From: Candidatus Zixiibacteriota bacterium
Lineage (GTDB): Bacteria > Electryoneota > B3-LCP
NCBI GenBank assembly: GCA_003599535.1
Contig: QZKQ01000071.1
Location: 4,454 to 68,453 of the forward strand
DNA length: 64,000 bases
Reading direction: 5' to 3'
Shown: positions 19,294 through 28,907 of the stretch, one piece after another
Layout: the number at the start of each line of letters is the position of its first letter
How positions within the stretch are numbered: the first letter of the stretch is position 1
Notes under the pieces: model-generated
What the model saw: the letters and a program-made list of their open reading frames with translations, nothing else
What the model was told of the DNA's origin: nothing
Databases searched by the model: none
Translations under genes and position numbers: made by a program

Positions 19294-20505
19294 ATGAGAG
19301 GGATTTCCCGGCTGGCTATTCCGGCGCTCCTGGCGGCGATGATTCCGGCGGCCGCCTTGGCGCAGACGGTGGATATCTACGGGCAGGTGGGGACCTACGA
19401 CGGTTCCTGCATCCCGGGTGAAGGCATCAACGGCCTCACCGTGCAACTGTACACCAGTGAAGCACCGTACCTGAATTTCTGCGATACCACCTGCACCGAT
19501 TCCAACTTCATGACCCAACACTCGCTGAACTCCCCCCACGGCATCTTCTATTTCGACGACGTGCCGCAGCGCGGCGACTATTGGCTGGAGATCTGCGTCC
19601 CCGACGGCTGGGCGGTGGCGGCGGATCCCACCCAGTTTCCCGGCTGGAATGCCAATCCCCGCGAGGTCGGCGACGATTACTTCCGCTGCTTCCTGCTGCT
19701 GCCGGCCTGCGGTTTCTCCCCGCACAGCAAGGGCTTCTGGAAGCACCAGGCGACGGTGGCCGCGGGAGGCCCGGGCAATGCCCAAGTCCCGGCGGACGAC
19801 CTGCAGGATTTCCTGGACTGGATTTACGCCGAATTAGACGGCGCCAACTACTTCCCGGTGGAAGGCGTCACTTCGGTGGGCGGCGCGGCGCTGACGCCCC
19901 AGGATATGCTGAACACCTTCGAACTGCCCAACGGCGGGGCCGCCGGCATGGTCAACAAGGCCAGGAAACAGCTCCTGGCCCTGCTGCTGAACGTGGCGGC
20001 GGACTACCTGGACGTCTACGGGGTCATCAGCCAGGACGGCCGCACCGTGTCCCAGGCCTTCCAGTTCGGCGCGGACATGATCACCGGCGGCGGCGATGAA
20101 ATTGAGACCGCCAAGGACGTCATGGATTGGATCAACAACGGCAATGTCGTGCCGGAAGGGTGGATTCCGGGCACCTACGGGCTGGCCTACGCCCCCGGCG
20201 ATGACGAGGAGCGGCCGGTGGAAGAACCGCTGGCGGCGTCGGACCGCTTGACGCTCTACCGCAACTATCCCAACCCCTTCAACCCCTCTACCGTCATCCG
20301 TTTCGATCTGCGCGAGGCGGGCCGGGTGGACCTGCGCGTGTACGACCTGGCAGGCCGGCTGGTACAGGCCGTCGAGGCGGGATGGCGGGAGGCGGGGTTG
20401 CAGGAAATCGCCCTGGACGCCGCGGGTCTGCCTTCCGGGCTCTACCTGTACCGCCTGGAAAGCGGGGGAACCGCCGCTGCGGGAAAAATGATCCTGATGA
20501 AATAG
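19294..20505 (+). CDS. Secreted protein with T9SS C-terminal domain, paralogue A
   Basis: Signal peptide; NYPNPFNPST...LPSGLYLYRL...KMILMK. Confidence 0.85.
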   Translation: MRGISRLAIPALLAAMIPAAALAQTVDIYGQVGTYDGSCIPGEGINGLTVQLYTSEAPYLNFCDTTCTDSNFMTQHSLNSPHGIFYFDDVPQRGDYWLEICVPDGWAVAADPTQFPGWNANPREVGDDYFRCFLLLPACGFSPHSKGFWKHQATVAAGGPGNAQVPADDLQDFLDWIYAELDGANYFPVEGVTSVGGAALTPQDMLNTFELPNGGAAGMVNKARKQLLALLLNVAADYLDVYGVISQDGRTVSQAFQFGADMITGGGDEIETAKDVMDWINNGNVVPEGWIPGTYGLAYAPGDDEERPVEEPLAASDRLTLYRNYPNPFNPSTVIRFDLREAGRVDLRVYDLAGRLVQAVEAGWREAGLQEIALDAAGLPSGLYLYRLESGGTAAAGKMILMK

Positions 20506-20526
20506 CCGGAGAAACTGCTTGCTAAC

Positions 20527-20552
20527 GGGCGGGTTGACACCCGCCTTTTTTT
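20527..20552 (+). terminator. Intrinsic terminator
   Basis: GGCGGGT-TGAC-ACCCGCC followed by a T tract. Confidence 0.8.
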
Positions 20553-20634
20553 ATTCCTGTGCGCCGCGTCACCATCGGGCGGTCCGGGATTGCGCATATT
20601 ATGGCCGGAATGTCACATAAACCAGGGGGGATAC

Positions 20635-21840
20635 ATGCATCATATGCACCGCTTTGTCGCACTTCCGTTGGTCTTGCTGGTCGTGTTGGTGGGAAGCGCC
20701 CAAGCTGAAGTCTGGGACGTTTACGGCCAGGTCCGCATTTATAACGGCACCTGCAATACCGGCATCGGCATGAACGGAGTCACCGTCGTGCTGCGTAACA
20801 CGTCTACCGGGCAAACCTGGTCCACGGTCACCGTGACCGATCAGGCCTTTATGAATACCCACGGGCTGACCTCGCCCCTGGGGATTTACTATTTCCACGA
20901 GGTGCCCTACAGCACCGCCTACGAAGTGGAAGTCATCGAACCGCTGGGCGTGGTCTGTTCCACCGCTGAACCGCCGCCCTGGAACGCCAATCCCCGCCCG
21001 GTGGGCTCACAGAACTACCGCTGCTTCCTGATGGATCTGGCCGGCACCGATTTCTCCCCGCACACCATCGGCTACTGGAAGCACCAGTGCACCGTGGCGG
21101 CCGGAGGCAACGGCCATCCCCAGGTGCCGCCGGCCCAGTTGGCCGTCTACTTCCAGATGATCTACGACCTGTTCAACGACGCTCCGCACTTCCCCATCGC
21201 GGGCGTCAGCCATCATAACAACGGCCCTCTGACGCCGCAGGCGGCGCTGGCCACCTTCAACGCCCCCAACGGCGGCTCGGCGGGTATGGTCAACAAGACC
21301 CGGAAGCAGCTCCTGGCCCTGCTGCTGAACGTCGTCTCGGAATACGTGTACGTGTGGCAGGACATCAGCACCGACGACCGGGTCATCTCCCAGGCCATCA
21401 CCTTCGCCGCGGACATGATCACCCCGGCGGCGGGATCGGCCATCTCCACGGCGCAGAGCGCCCTGGACAAGATCAATAACGGGCAGGTGGTCCCCGCCGG
21501 CTGGATTCCCGACAGCTATGAGCTGATCTACTACGGTTCGCCCCAGGGTGCCGTGATCCCGGCGGCGACCCTGCCGGAAACGCCCCTGCTGCTGGACAAT
21601 TACCCCAATCCCTTCAACCCCGTCACCACCGTCATCTTCGCGCTGCCGGAAGCAGGTGAAGTCACCGTGGCGGTGTACGACCTGGCCGGCCGGGAAGTGG
21701 CCCGCCTGGCGGACGGCTGGCGGGAAGCGGGCCGGCATGAAATCACCTTCGACGCCTCCGGTCTGGCCTCGGGCCTGTACCTCTGCCGCCTGACGTCCGG
21801 ACCACATTCCGGCATCACCCGGATGATACTGGTCAAATAG
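20635..21840 (+). CDS. Secreted protein with T9SS C-terminal domain, paralogue B
   Basis: Signal peptide; NYPNPFNPVT...LASGLYLCRL; colinear with paralogue A. Confidence 0.85.
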   Translation: MHHMHRFVALPLVLLVVLVGSAQAEVWDVYGQVRIYNGTCNTGIGMNGVTVVLRNTSTGQTWSTVTVTDQAFMNTHGLTSPLGIYYFHEVPYSTAYEVEVIEPLGVVCSTAEPPPWNANPRPVGSQNYRCFLMDLAGTDFSPHTIGYWKHQCTVAAGGNGHPQVPPAQLAVYFQMIYDLFNDAPHFPIAGVSHHNNGPLTPQAALATFNAPNGGSAGMVNKTRKQLLALLLNVVSEYVYVWQDISTDDRVISQAITFAADMITPAAGSAISTAQSALDKINNGQVVPAGWIPDSYELIYYGSPQGAVIPAATLPETPLLLDNYPNPFNPVTTVIFALPEAGEVTVAVYDLAGREVARLADGWREAGRHEITFDASGLASGLYLCRLTSGPHSGITRMILVK

Positions 21841-21928
21841 GGAGGAAACCGGTTGCGGCGAGGGTGGCGACAGGGCAGTCACCCGCGCCCGGCACAGAGT
21901 TCCTTTCACCGTTCCCCTTAACCAGAAA

Positions 21929-21953
21929 GGACGGAAGCTTCGGGCTTCCGTCC
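21929..21953 (+). terminator. Intrinsic terminator
   Basis: GGACGGAAGC-TTCGG-GCTTCCGTCC. Confidence 0.8.
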
Positions 21954-22083
21954 TTTCCGTTTTCTCCCCACCCTTTAAGTCTTAAAAAAATCTCTTGCAT
22001 TTCCCGCCACTGATTATTATTTTACTGCCTGAGTTAATATTTCCATCCTCCCGAACCGGAAACCATTCTAACTTGGCAATCCC

Positions 22084-23115
22084 ATGAACGATGAGGTACT
22101 GGAGGAACGGGCGGTCCGCCCGGAGACGGGGACCGATTTACGCAGCAGGATTATCGCGGTAGGCAGCGGCAAGGGAGGCACGGGGAAATCCACCTTCGCC
22201 ATCAACCTGGCCTGCAGCCTGGCCGCCCTGGGACAGGACGTCGTTTTAGTGGACGCCGATTTGGGGGGCATGGACATTTCCAACCTCCTGGGCCGCGACT
22301 TGTACCACTACACCCTGAACAGTTACATCGCCCGAGAAGTGGAAGAACTCTCCGAGGTGCTGGAACCCACCCCCTCGCCGCGCCTGCACCTGATCAGCGG
22401 CGGGTCGGAAATCATCTCCCTGTCCAACCCCTTCTATCAACAGAAATTGAGGTTGATACGCGGCCTCCTCCGGCTCAAGACGAACTACATCGTCGTGGAC
22501 CTGGGGCCGGACATCGGCTTCAACACCCTGGACTTCTTCAACACGGCCCATGTGCGCTTCCTGATCACGCAGAACGTGGATCCGGTCATCATGGGGACCT
22601 ACCGCTTCCTGAAGGCCGCCTTCATCCGGCAGATGAAGCAGGAATTCAAGGACAACAAAGCGGTCATCGAACTGATCAACCGGCACCAGAACAGCAGCGG
22701 GGAGGCGGTCCGGGCCAGCTTGATCGAAGCCATCCGCCAGGAAAACGGAAACCTGAACGCCCGCCTGGACAAGCTGATATTCGCCTTTCAACCCCGGCTG
22801 GTTTTCAATATGACGAAAAACCAGGCCAGCCGCAAGACCGCCGACCGTATCTTCTCCTTCATCCTGGAAAGCTACGGCTTCCGGCTGAAGACCGCGGGAT
22901 TCATTCCCTTCGACAAGGACGTCGAACAGGCCTACGCCCATGCCGAACCCGCCATTCTGCGCTTCCCCCGCAGCCTGACCGCCCGGGCCATGTTCGACCT
23001 GATGGCCGTCACCGGGTTGAACCTCCATGCCAGCGGCAACCCGGTGCCCGGATTCGCCAACTTCATGCCCCTGCTGGAGAAAGAGGCGGCTCACTGGAAG
23101 TTTGCCCGGCACTAA
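22084..23115 (+). CDS. MinD/FlhG/ParA-family ATPase
   Basis: Deviant Walker [23 protein letters not shown]. Confidence 0.85.
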   Translation: MNDEVLEERAVRPETGTDLRSRIIAVGSGKGGTGKSTFAINLACSLAALGQDVVLVDADLGGMDISNLLGRDLYHYTLNSYIAREVEELSEVLEPTPSPRLHLISGGSEIISLSNPFYQQKLRLIRGLLRLKTNYIVVDLGPDIGFNTLDFFNTAHVRFLITQNVDPVIMGTYRFLKAAFIRQMKQEFKDNKAVIELINRHQNSSGEAVRASLIEAIRQENGNLNARLDKLIFAFQPRLVFNMTKNQASRKTADRIFSFILESYGFRLKTAGFIPFDKDVEQAYAHAEPAILRFPRSLTARAMFDLMAVTGLNLHASGNPVPGFANFMPLLEKEAAHWKFARH

Positions 23116-23246
23116 AGGCTGGCGCATTCCCGCCCTCGCGGCCCCCAGAAATACCGGCGCCGGCTCGAATATCGGGCCGGCGCCGTCCGCTTCGCCGCTG
23201 CGGAAGGTCCCGGAGGTTCGGGGGCCACCGGGGATGCTGCTATCTA

Positions 23247-24131
23247 TTAATCCGGGATGAGCTCGATCCTCAGGCTGCCAAGGCCCACCTCCGCGTCAAT
23301 GAGCAGCTTGGAGGCGGCGCGATTCCAGTTGTCGCTCCGGTGCAACCCCTTGCGCACCTCGTTGATGTGGCGATCCAGGTCCAGCGAGGCCAGGAAGTTC
23401 TCCTCGGCATGGACTTCCACCCCCAGGCTGGCGGGAACTTCCAGGCGCGCCGACCCGAGTCCCACTTCCACCTTGATGTCGGCTTCCGGCACTCGCCACT
23501 GACCGCTCAGGTCCAGCACGATGCTGCCCAGTCCGCCTTCGGCCCGCAACCGCTCGAAGTTGGCGTTGCCCAGGTTGCGGCCCTTGAAATCCCCCAGCCC
23601 GCATTCGATGCGCAATTCCTTCATGATCACGGGGTTGGGTTCGTCGAAGTAGAGGTCGAGGTCGGACAGGCCGCTGCTGATGTCCAGGTCCGTCACCTTC
23701 ATGCCGCTTAAGTCGAGCCTGCCGTCCACCAGGCCCACGTCCACGGTGAAACTGGTGGGTATCTTGGGGCTGAAGCGCAGTTCCCAGTTCTCGTCGCCGG
23801 ATCTCAGCCCGTTGACGTGGGTTCCGTCATCGTCATTCTCGTCGGATTCGGCCGATTTGATGGTCAAGTAGCCCACCCTGCCGGATCGTTCGAAGCGGAT
23901 CCGCGGTTCACCCCGATCCACCTTGTAGTGGATGTCGGCTTCCAGCAGATGATTCCCCTTGACCGCCTCCACCAGCAGGTCGGCCACGCCGATTTCGATC
24001 TCGACGCGCAGCTCGTCCAACTCCTCGAAGGGAATGGTCTTTACCAGGTCCTCGTATTGGTCCCGGGACCAGGCCGGCCCGGCCAGCAGCAGGGCCAGCC
24101 CCAGGATCGGCAGCCAGCGTTGCGCTTTCAT
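23247..24131 (-). CDS. Secreted beta-strand-repeat (toast-rack/DUF2154-like) protein
   Basis: Signal peptide; repeated GLG/GLS turns; GGAGG-like RBS. Confidence 0.7.
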   Translation of the reverse strand: MKAQRWLPILGLALLLAGPAWSRDQYEDLVKTIPFEELDELRVEIEIGVADLLVEAVKGNHLLEADIHYKVDRGEPRIRFERSGRVGYLTIKSAESDENDDDGTHVNGLRSGDENWELRFSPKIPTSFTVDVGLVDGRLDLSGMKVTDLDISSGLSDLDLYFDEPNPVIMKELRIECGLGDFKGRNLGNANFERLRAEGGLGSIVLDLSGQWRVPEADIKVEVGLGSARLEVPASLGVEVHAEENFLASLDLDRHINEVRKGLHRSDNWNRAASKLLIDAEVGLGSLRIELIPD

Positions 24132-24198
24132 GGTATCCTCCTTATGTACAGGGTGGGAAACCCACCGCGTGATCATCCCACCGGTCGGGCGGCCGCCG

Positions 24199-25656
24199 TC
24201 AGAAGGGGCGCTCGATCCGGAGCATCCAGGTGTAGGCGTCTTCGGACGTATCGGTGCGCTTGGCCACCTGCAGGCGCACCTGGCCCGAGGCGCTGCTCAG
24301 GCCCACGCCCACGTCGCTGGCCCAGTCCCGCGCCGCCAGGTCGGCCAGAGACCCGTCCGCGGTCATGCCCACGTCGGCGAAGAAGATCAGCCCGACTTCG
24401 TCGAAGAAGCCGCGGCCGTGCTCGTCGTGCAGGCGGATTTCCCCATTCCACAGGGCCATCTCCGTGCCGGCGAACTCCTTCAGGCCGAACCCCGGCAGGC
24501 TGGACGGCCCGCCCAGGTAGAAGAGTTTCTGGGGCGGCGGATCGCCCTCGGAACGGCCCAGCCGCAGCCGGGTGTCCAGGTTGACGAACCGGTACAGGGG
24601 CTGGTAGCGGCGCAGGTCCAGCAGGTAGCGGGTGTAGTCGAAATCACTGGCCAGATCCGGATCGGTCAGCTCCATTTCGGCCGCCAGGCGCCAGCCGCAT
24701 TCGGGGCGGTCGTCCCGGTCGCGGGTGTCCAGGCCGGCGGCGAAGATAAAGGCCCGCAGCATGCCTTCGGTGATGGGCAGGTTCAGGCGGAAGCTCTTGG
24801 ACCCCCAAAACAGCGCCCATTCGGTCTCGTTGCCCAGGCTGTGGTGCTGCTCCGCCTGGTAGCGGGCGCTCAGGTCGAAGGCCGGGACCGGATTCCAGGC
24901 CAGGGTCGTACCAAACCCCTCGCGCTCGTAGTAGTCGCGGAAATCCTCGTGCAGGAAAAAGGCGGCCAGGGTGTTCTCCCGGTCGGACATATACCAGGCG
25001 TCCTCGGTGTAGGTCAGGTGGTAGGCGTCCACCGACAGCTCCATCTGCCCCCGCGGCAGGAAGCCGAAGCCGAACCCGCCCCGCCCCTGCCAGGAATGGG
25101 AGGAGAAGCCGTAACCGCCGGAGGCGAAGGTGCGGAAGTGGATCCCGTAGTCGCTGAAGGGGAACTCCTCGACTTCCAGCCCCAGGAACAGTCCGTCCAC
25201 CTTGTTGTAGGCCAGCTTCAGGTCGGTTTCGCCGATCAGGGAATGATCATCGTCGCAGCATTCCTCCCGCTCCCGCAGGCTGCGGCGGCTCTCCCAGTCG
25301 CCTTCCCAGGCCAGCGCGGGGCTGTCATCCCGCCCGATTTGCACCCCCGGCAGAGACCCCTGCACGAGGTTGCCGGTCACCTGGGACCCCGGGGCGCGGA
25401 AGATGCGGCCCTGGCGGGCTACCACGTCGCCCTCTACCACGGCGGCGGAATCCAGGGTAATGTCGCCCACGTAGGCCACGCAGGTTCCCGTCACCCGGCC
25501 GCGAATGACCAGGTCCCCGGTGACGGCAATGATATCGCCGGTGACCGTCTCGTCCGCTTCCACCACCTTGTCGCCAAAGACCCGGACGTCGCCCGCCCCG
25601 GCCGCGCCGGCGGCCAGCAGGCCGATCAGGACGGTCATCATGAATCGCGTCGCCAT
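24199..25656 (-). CDS. Omp85-like (BamA/TamA) barrel with N-terminal bactofilin-like repeats
   Basis: VxGDxxx repeats; YNKVDGLFLG; FYLGG..LPGF; DVGVGL; terminal Phe. Confidence 0.75.
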   Translation of the reverse strand: MATRFMMTVLIGLLAAGAAGAGDVRVFGDKVVEADETVTGDIIAVTGDLVIRGRVTGTCVAYVGDITLDSAAVVEGDVVARQGRIFRAPGSQVTGNLVQGSLPGVQIGRDDSPALAWEGDWESRRSLREREECCDDDHSLIGETDLKLAYNKVDGLFLGLEVEEFPFSDYGIHFRTFASGGYGFSSHSWQGRGGFGFGFLPRGQMELSVDAYHLTYTEDAWYMSDRENTLAAFFLHEDFRDYYEREGFGTTLAWNPVPAFDLSARYQAEQHHSLGNETEWALFWGSKSFRLNLPITEGMLRAFIFAAGLDTRDRDDRPECGWRLAAEMELTDPDLASDFDYTRYLLDLRRYQPLYRFVNLDTRLRLGRSEGDPPPQKLFYLGGPSSLPGFGLKEFAGTEMALWNGEIRLHDEHGRGFFDEVGLIFFADVGMTADGSLADLAARDWASDVGVGLSSASGQVRLQVAKRTDTSEDAYTWMLRIERPF

Positions 25657-25686
25657 GCTGTCTCCCTTCGCTTTTCCCGCGCGGAT

Positions 25687-27063
25687 TTAGTTCTGCCGTT
25701 CGATGCGGATGTCGCCGTTGACGGTCTCCAGTTCAATCAGGGGGCCGCCGCCGTTGAGGTCGCCGGTGGCGCGGATCTGATGCCGCCCGCGGCGTCCGCC
25801 GTCGCCTTCCACCTCTTCGATCTTCAGCTTGAAGTCGCTGCGGATCTCGTACTCCTGCAGCAGCATGGGGTGGTCCACCCGGATGACGGCAGAAACGCTG
25901 GCCTGCACGTTGGAAGGCAGGCGCAGCTCGACTTCGCCGCCGGAAGTGGTCAGGCGGATGGGCCCGCGAAGCTTGCCGCCGTTGGCTACTTCAGCGCGCA
26001 CGTCGCCGCCGGAGGTTTTGCCCGTCAGGCTCCCCTGGATTTCGCGCAGATCCAGGTCACCGCCGGAAGTGGAGATGTCCACATCGCCGGTCACGGCGTA
26101 AATTTCCATATTCCCCCCGGAAGTGTGCCCCTGCACCCGGCCCTGCACCCGGTCGGCGATGACGTTGCCGCCGGAGGTGCGCAGGTCCACGCTGCCCGTC
26201 ACTACGCGGGCTTCAACGTCCCCGCCGGAAGTGCTGGCGCGGTGGCTGGCGCCCCGGATCTCTTCGATCAGCACGTCCCCGCCGGAGGTGCGCACGTCCA
26301 GTTCCCCCTGCACGTTGCGGGCGTCAATGTCGCCCCCGGAGGTGGTGCCCCGGACCTTCCCGGTCACCTGCTGCAGGGAAATGTCCCCGCCGGAGGTCTT
26401 CACCGTGAAGGGGCCGGTCTTGGCCTCGATCAGGGTCACGTCGCCGCCGGAGGTGCTCAGGTCCACGGCGCCGTCCAGGGCGCGCCCCACGATGTCGCCG
26501 CCGGCGGTGTTGGCGTCCACCACTCCGGTGACGCGGCTGATCTCCACGTCGCCCCCGGCGGTTTCCACTTCCGCCCGCCCCTTCAACTGGGTCACGGTTA
26601 CGTCTCCCCCCGTGGTGGCCACGTCGGCGTTGAAATTGTTGGGCACACGAATGGTGAAGGTGCCGCCGGTTTCCCCCATATTGCGCAGGAAGAAGACGTG
26701 CAGCTTGGGCTCAAGCATCCCGATTCCGGTGCGGTCGCGGGTGCCGTTGACATTCACCTGGTTGCCCAGCTTCTTGACCTCGGCGCGCATCTCCTCGAAC
26801 GCCTCGCGGGCCTCAGATTCCTTGTCCGCCCGGATGAAGAATTCCTGGATCACTTCCACCTGACCGGAGGCGTCGCCGGTGACGGTCACGTCGCCGATGA
26901 CGTCATCCACCTTCAGGTCCCCGCCCGGGGACACATCGAACTTGTCCGTGGCGCGGACCAGGAAGCCGTTGCGCTGCTTTTCGACGGTAACCTGGGCGCC
27001 GGCGCCGGCGGCCATCCAGGCCAGGGCCAGCGCTATGATGATGGGAGTAGCTGTCGGTCGCAT
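25687..27063 (-). CDS. DUF4097 family beta-solenoid (adhesin-like) protein
   Basis: Signal peptide; 13 T[STA]GG[DNE] repeats of about 18 aa. Confidence 0.85.
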   Translation of the reverse strand: MRPTATPIIIALALAWMAAGAGAQVTVEKQRNGFLVRATDKFDVSPGGDLKVDDVIGDVTVTGDASGQVEVIQEFFIRADKESEAREAFEEMRAEVKKLGNQVNVNGTRDRTGIGMLEPKLHVFFLRNMGETGGTFTIRVPNNFNADVATTGGDVTVTQLKGRAEVETAGGDVEISRVTGVVDANTAGGDIVGRALDGAVDLSTSGGDVTLIEAKTGPFTVKTSGGDISLQQVTGKVRGTTSGGDIDARNVQGELDVRTSGGDVLIEEIRGASHRASTSGGDVEARVVTGSVDLRTSGGNVIADRVQGRVQGHTSGGNMEIYAVTGDVDISTSGGDLDLREIQGSLTGKTSGGDVRAEVANGGKLRGPIRLTTSGGEVELRLPSNVQASVSAVIRVDHPMLLQEYEIRSDFKLKIEEVEGDGGRRGRHQIRATGDLNGGGPLIELETVNGDIRIERQN

Positions 27064-27066
27064 GTT

Positions 27067-28137
27067 TTACTTTCCTTTCCCCGCCTCATCCAGTTTGAAC
27101 CCCGGTATGGACGGCGTATTCTCTTGGCTGCCCTCCAGCATGCGATAATCGGCGGTGGAGAGGCGTATGGCCTTGCGGGCCTGCATCCGGACGTACGCGT
27201 TGGAATCCGATTCGGCGGCCTGCAGCAGGATTCGGTCGGTATCCTGCGCCGGACCTTTCTGCAGCAGGGCGTCAATGGCGGCGATGCGTACGGCCGGGTT
27301 GGGATCCTTCAATAGGGCGTTCAGGATGGCCTGCTCGGCCAGTTCGTCGCGCTGGGTCCCCTGCAACGCCTCGATGGCCTTCAGACGCACGCCGTCGTTC
27401 TGGTCGTTGACCAGGGCGTAGGCCAGCACCTGGCGGGCCTTGGGGCTGAGCTCGGAAGCCCGAGCCAGCTCCTCGACCGACTGCAGCCGCACCCCGGAAT
27501 TCTCTTCATTCTTCACCGCCCAGCCCAGCAGGTCCAGAATCACCTTGTCGTCGGGCTGGCCTTCGATGACGTAGTTTTTCACCGCCCGGAAGCTGACTTC
27601 CACGTGGCCCTCCTTCTTGCTCGAGGGCTTGACTTTGACGTCGGACACCTCGGTCCCGCTCTTCAGCAGGTCGCCGATCAGGTACTTGCGATTGACTTCC
27701 TTCTGGTCCACGTAGGCGGCGGTGGTCATGTCCACGCCGGTCTCCCAGGGCATGATCTCGGGCAGCGGCTGGCGCAAAGTCAGGCGGCCGACGAACAGGC
27801 CGATGGCCAGTGCGGCGGCAGCGAAGCCCAGTTCCCAGCCCCAGGTGCGGCGGGGCCGGAGGCGATCCCAAAGATCGCTCAGGATGCTGGCCGGGCTGCG
27901 GCGCCGGCCGGTCTGGAGCCGGGCCAGGAGGCGGGCGCGGGCGGTTTCCAGGGCTTCGGGGCGCGGTTCGCAGGGGACCCGCACGTTCACCAGGGCCCGG
28001 ACCCGCTCCAGCTCCTCCTGCCGCGCCTGGCAGCGGGGGCAGCTTTCCACGTGCCGCAGGAAGCCATCCTCCCCCCCGGGAAGGGCTTCCCCGTAGGCTC
28101 GCAGCCAGAACAGTTCATCGAATGCTTCGCACTTCAT
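27067..28137 (-). CDS. Anti-sigma factor: zf-HC2 + TM helix + HEAT repeats
   Basis: HVESCPRC; TM helix; NSGVRLQSV, NDGVRLKAI, NPAVRIAAI repeats. Confidence 0.85.
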   Translation of the reverse strand: MKCEAFDELFWLRAYGEALPGGEDGFLRHVESCPRCQARQEELERVRALVNVRVPCEPRPEALETARARLLARLQTGRRRSPASILSDLWDRLRPRRTWGWELGFAAAALAIGLFVGRLTLRQPLPEIMPWETGVDMTTAAYVDQKEVNRKYLIGDLLKSGTEVSDVKVKPSSKKEGHVEVSFRAVKNYVIEGQPDDKVILDLLGWAVKNEENSGVRLQSVEELARASELSPKARQVLAYALVNDQNDGVRLKAIEALQGTQRDELAEQAILNALLKDPNPAVRIAAIDALLQKGPAQDTDRILLQAAESDSNAYVRMQARKAIRLSTADYRMLEGSQENTPSIPGFKLDEAGKGK

Positions 28138-28161
28138 ACGTAATCCTTAATGGGTCTTGGC

Positions 28162-28764
28162 TCACTCGCCGGCCTGGTAGTACGGCTCCAGGACGCGGCG
28201 CAGGGTTTCCACGGCGCGGAACAGGTACGCCTTGGCGGTGCCTTCGCCGATGCCCAGGAGGCGGGCAATTTCCTTCAGTTTCAATCCCTGGTCGTGCTTC
28301 ATGACGAAGACGGTGCGCTGCCGGGCCGGGAGCGTCTCCAGGGCTCGTTCGATCTGCTCCAGAATTTCCCGGCGCAGTTGCCGGTTTTCCGGGTCGTCCC
28401 AGGGGTTGCAGGGGACGGATTGGAAGAAGTCGTCGTCGCCGTCCATCACCCGTTCCTTGGCCCGCCGGCGGTCCAGGCTGCGCTTGCGGCTCAAGGCAGC
28501 GTTGACCGCCACGCGGTGCAGCCAGGTGGTAAATTCCGATTCAAAGCGAAACTCGGGCAGGGACCGGTGGACTTTCAGGAAGACTTCCTGATAAACCTCC
28601 TCGGCGTCGAACCCGGGACCCAGGACGGAGCGCACCAGGGACATGACGCGGGCGTCGTGGCGCTCCACCAGCCGGGCGAAGGCCGCATCGTCACCGGAAC
28701 GCGCCCGGGTTATCAGTTGGATCTCTTCATTATCCATGGACTTCGATTCGTTGGCCGGTCCCAT
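28162..28764 (-). CDS. ECF RNA polymerase sigma factor
   Basis: GDDAAFARLV, AEEVYQEVFL, FTTWLHRVAVN, LKEIARLLGIGEGTAK. Confidence 0.92.
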   Translation of the reverse strand: MGPANESKSMDNEEIQLITRARSGDDAAFARLVERHDARVMSLVRSVLGPGFDAEEVYQEVFLKVHRSLPEFRFESEFTTWLHRVAVNAALSRKRSLDRRRAKERVMDGDDDFFQSVPCNPWDDPENRQLRREILEQIERALETLPARQRTVFVMKHDQGLKLKEIARLLGIGEGTAKAYLFRAVETLRRVLEPYYQAGE

Positions 28765-28782
28765 TCCCCCCGCTCACCCGAT

Positions 28783-28810
28783 TGGACGCCGCCACCCGGG
28801 GAAAAGTTGC
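28783..28810 (-). promoter_or_regulatory. Putative autoregulatory ECF promoter
   Basis: Minus strand GCAAC-N17-CGTCCA just upstream of the sigma gene. Confidence 0.6.
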
Positions 28811-28846
28811 TCCGGAGCAAAAAGTTATTTATGCAAAAAAATGCAC

Positions 28847-28875
28847 TTGACAAAGCGAAATAAATTGTTTATATT
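28847..28875 (+). promoter_or_regulatory. Sigma70-type promoter
   Basis: TTGACA-N17-TATATT. Confidence 0.7.
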
Positions 28876-28907
28876 GAAGCGCCTTTGTCAAAATGACGGG
28901 AGGAGCC

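Noticed and set aside
23959-27315. 1118-aa plus-strand ORF
   Set aside because: Antisense shadow of well-supported minus-strand genes in GC-rich DNA; the same applies to most other overlapping ORFs in the track
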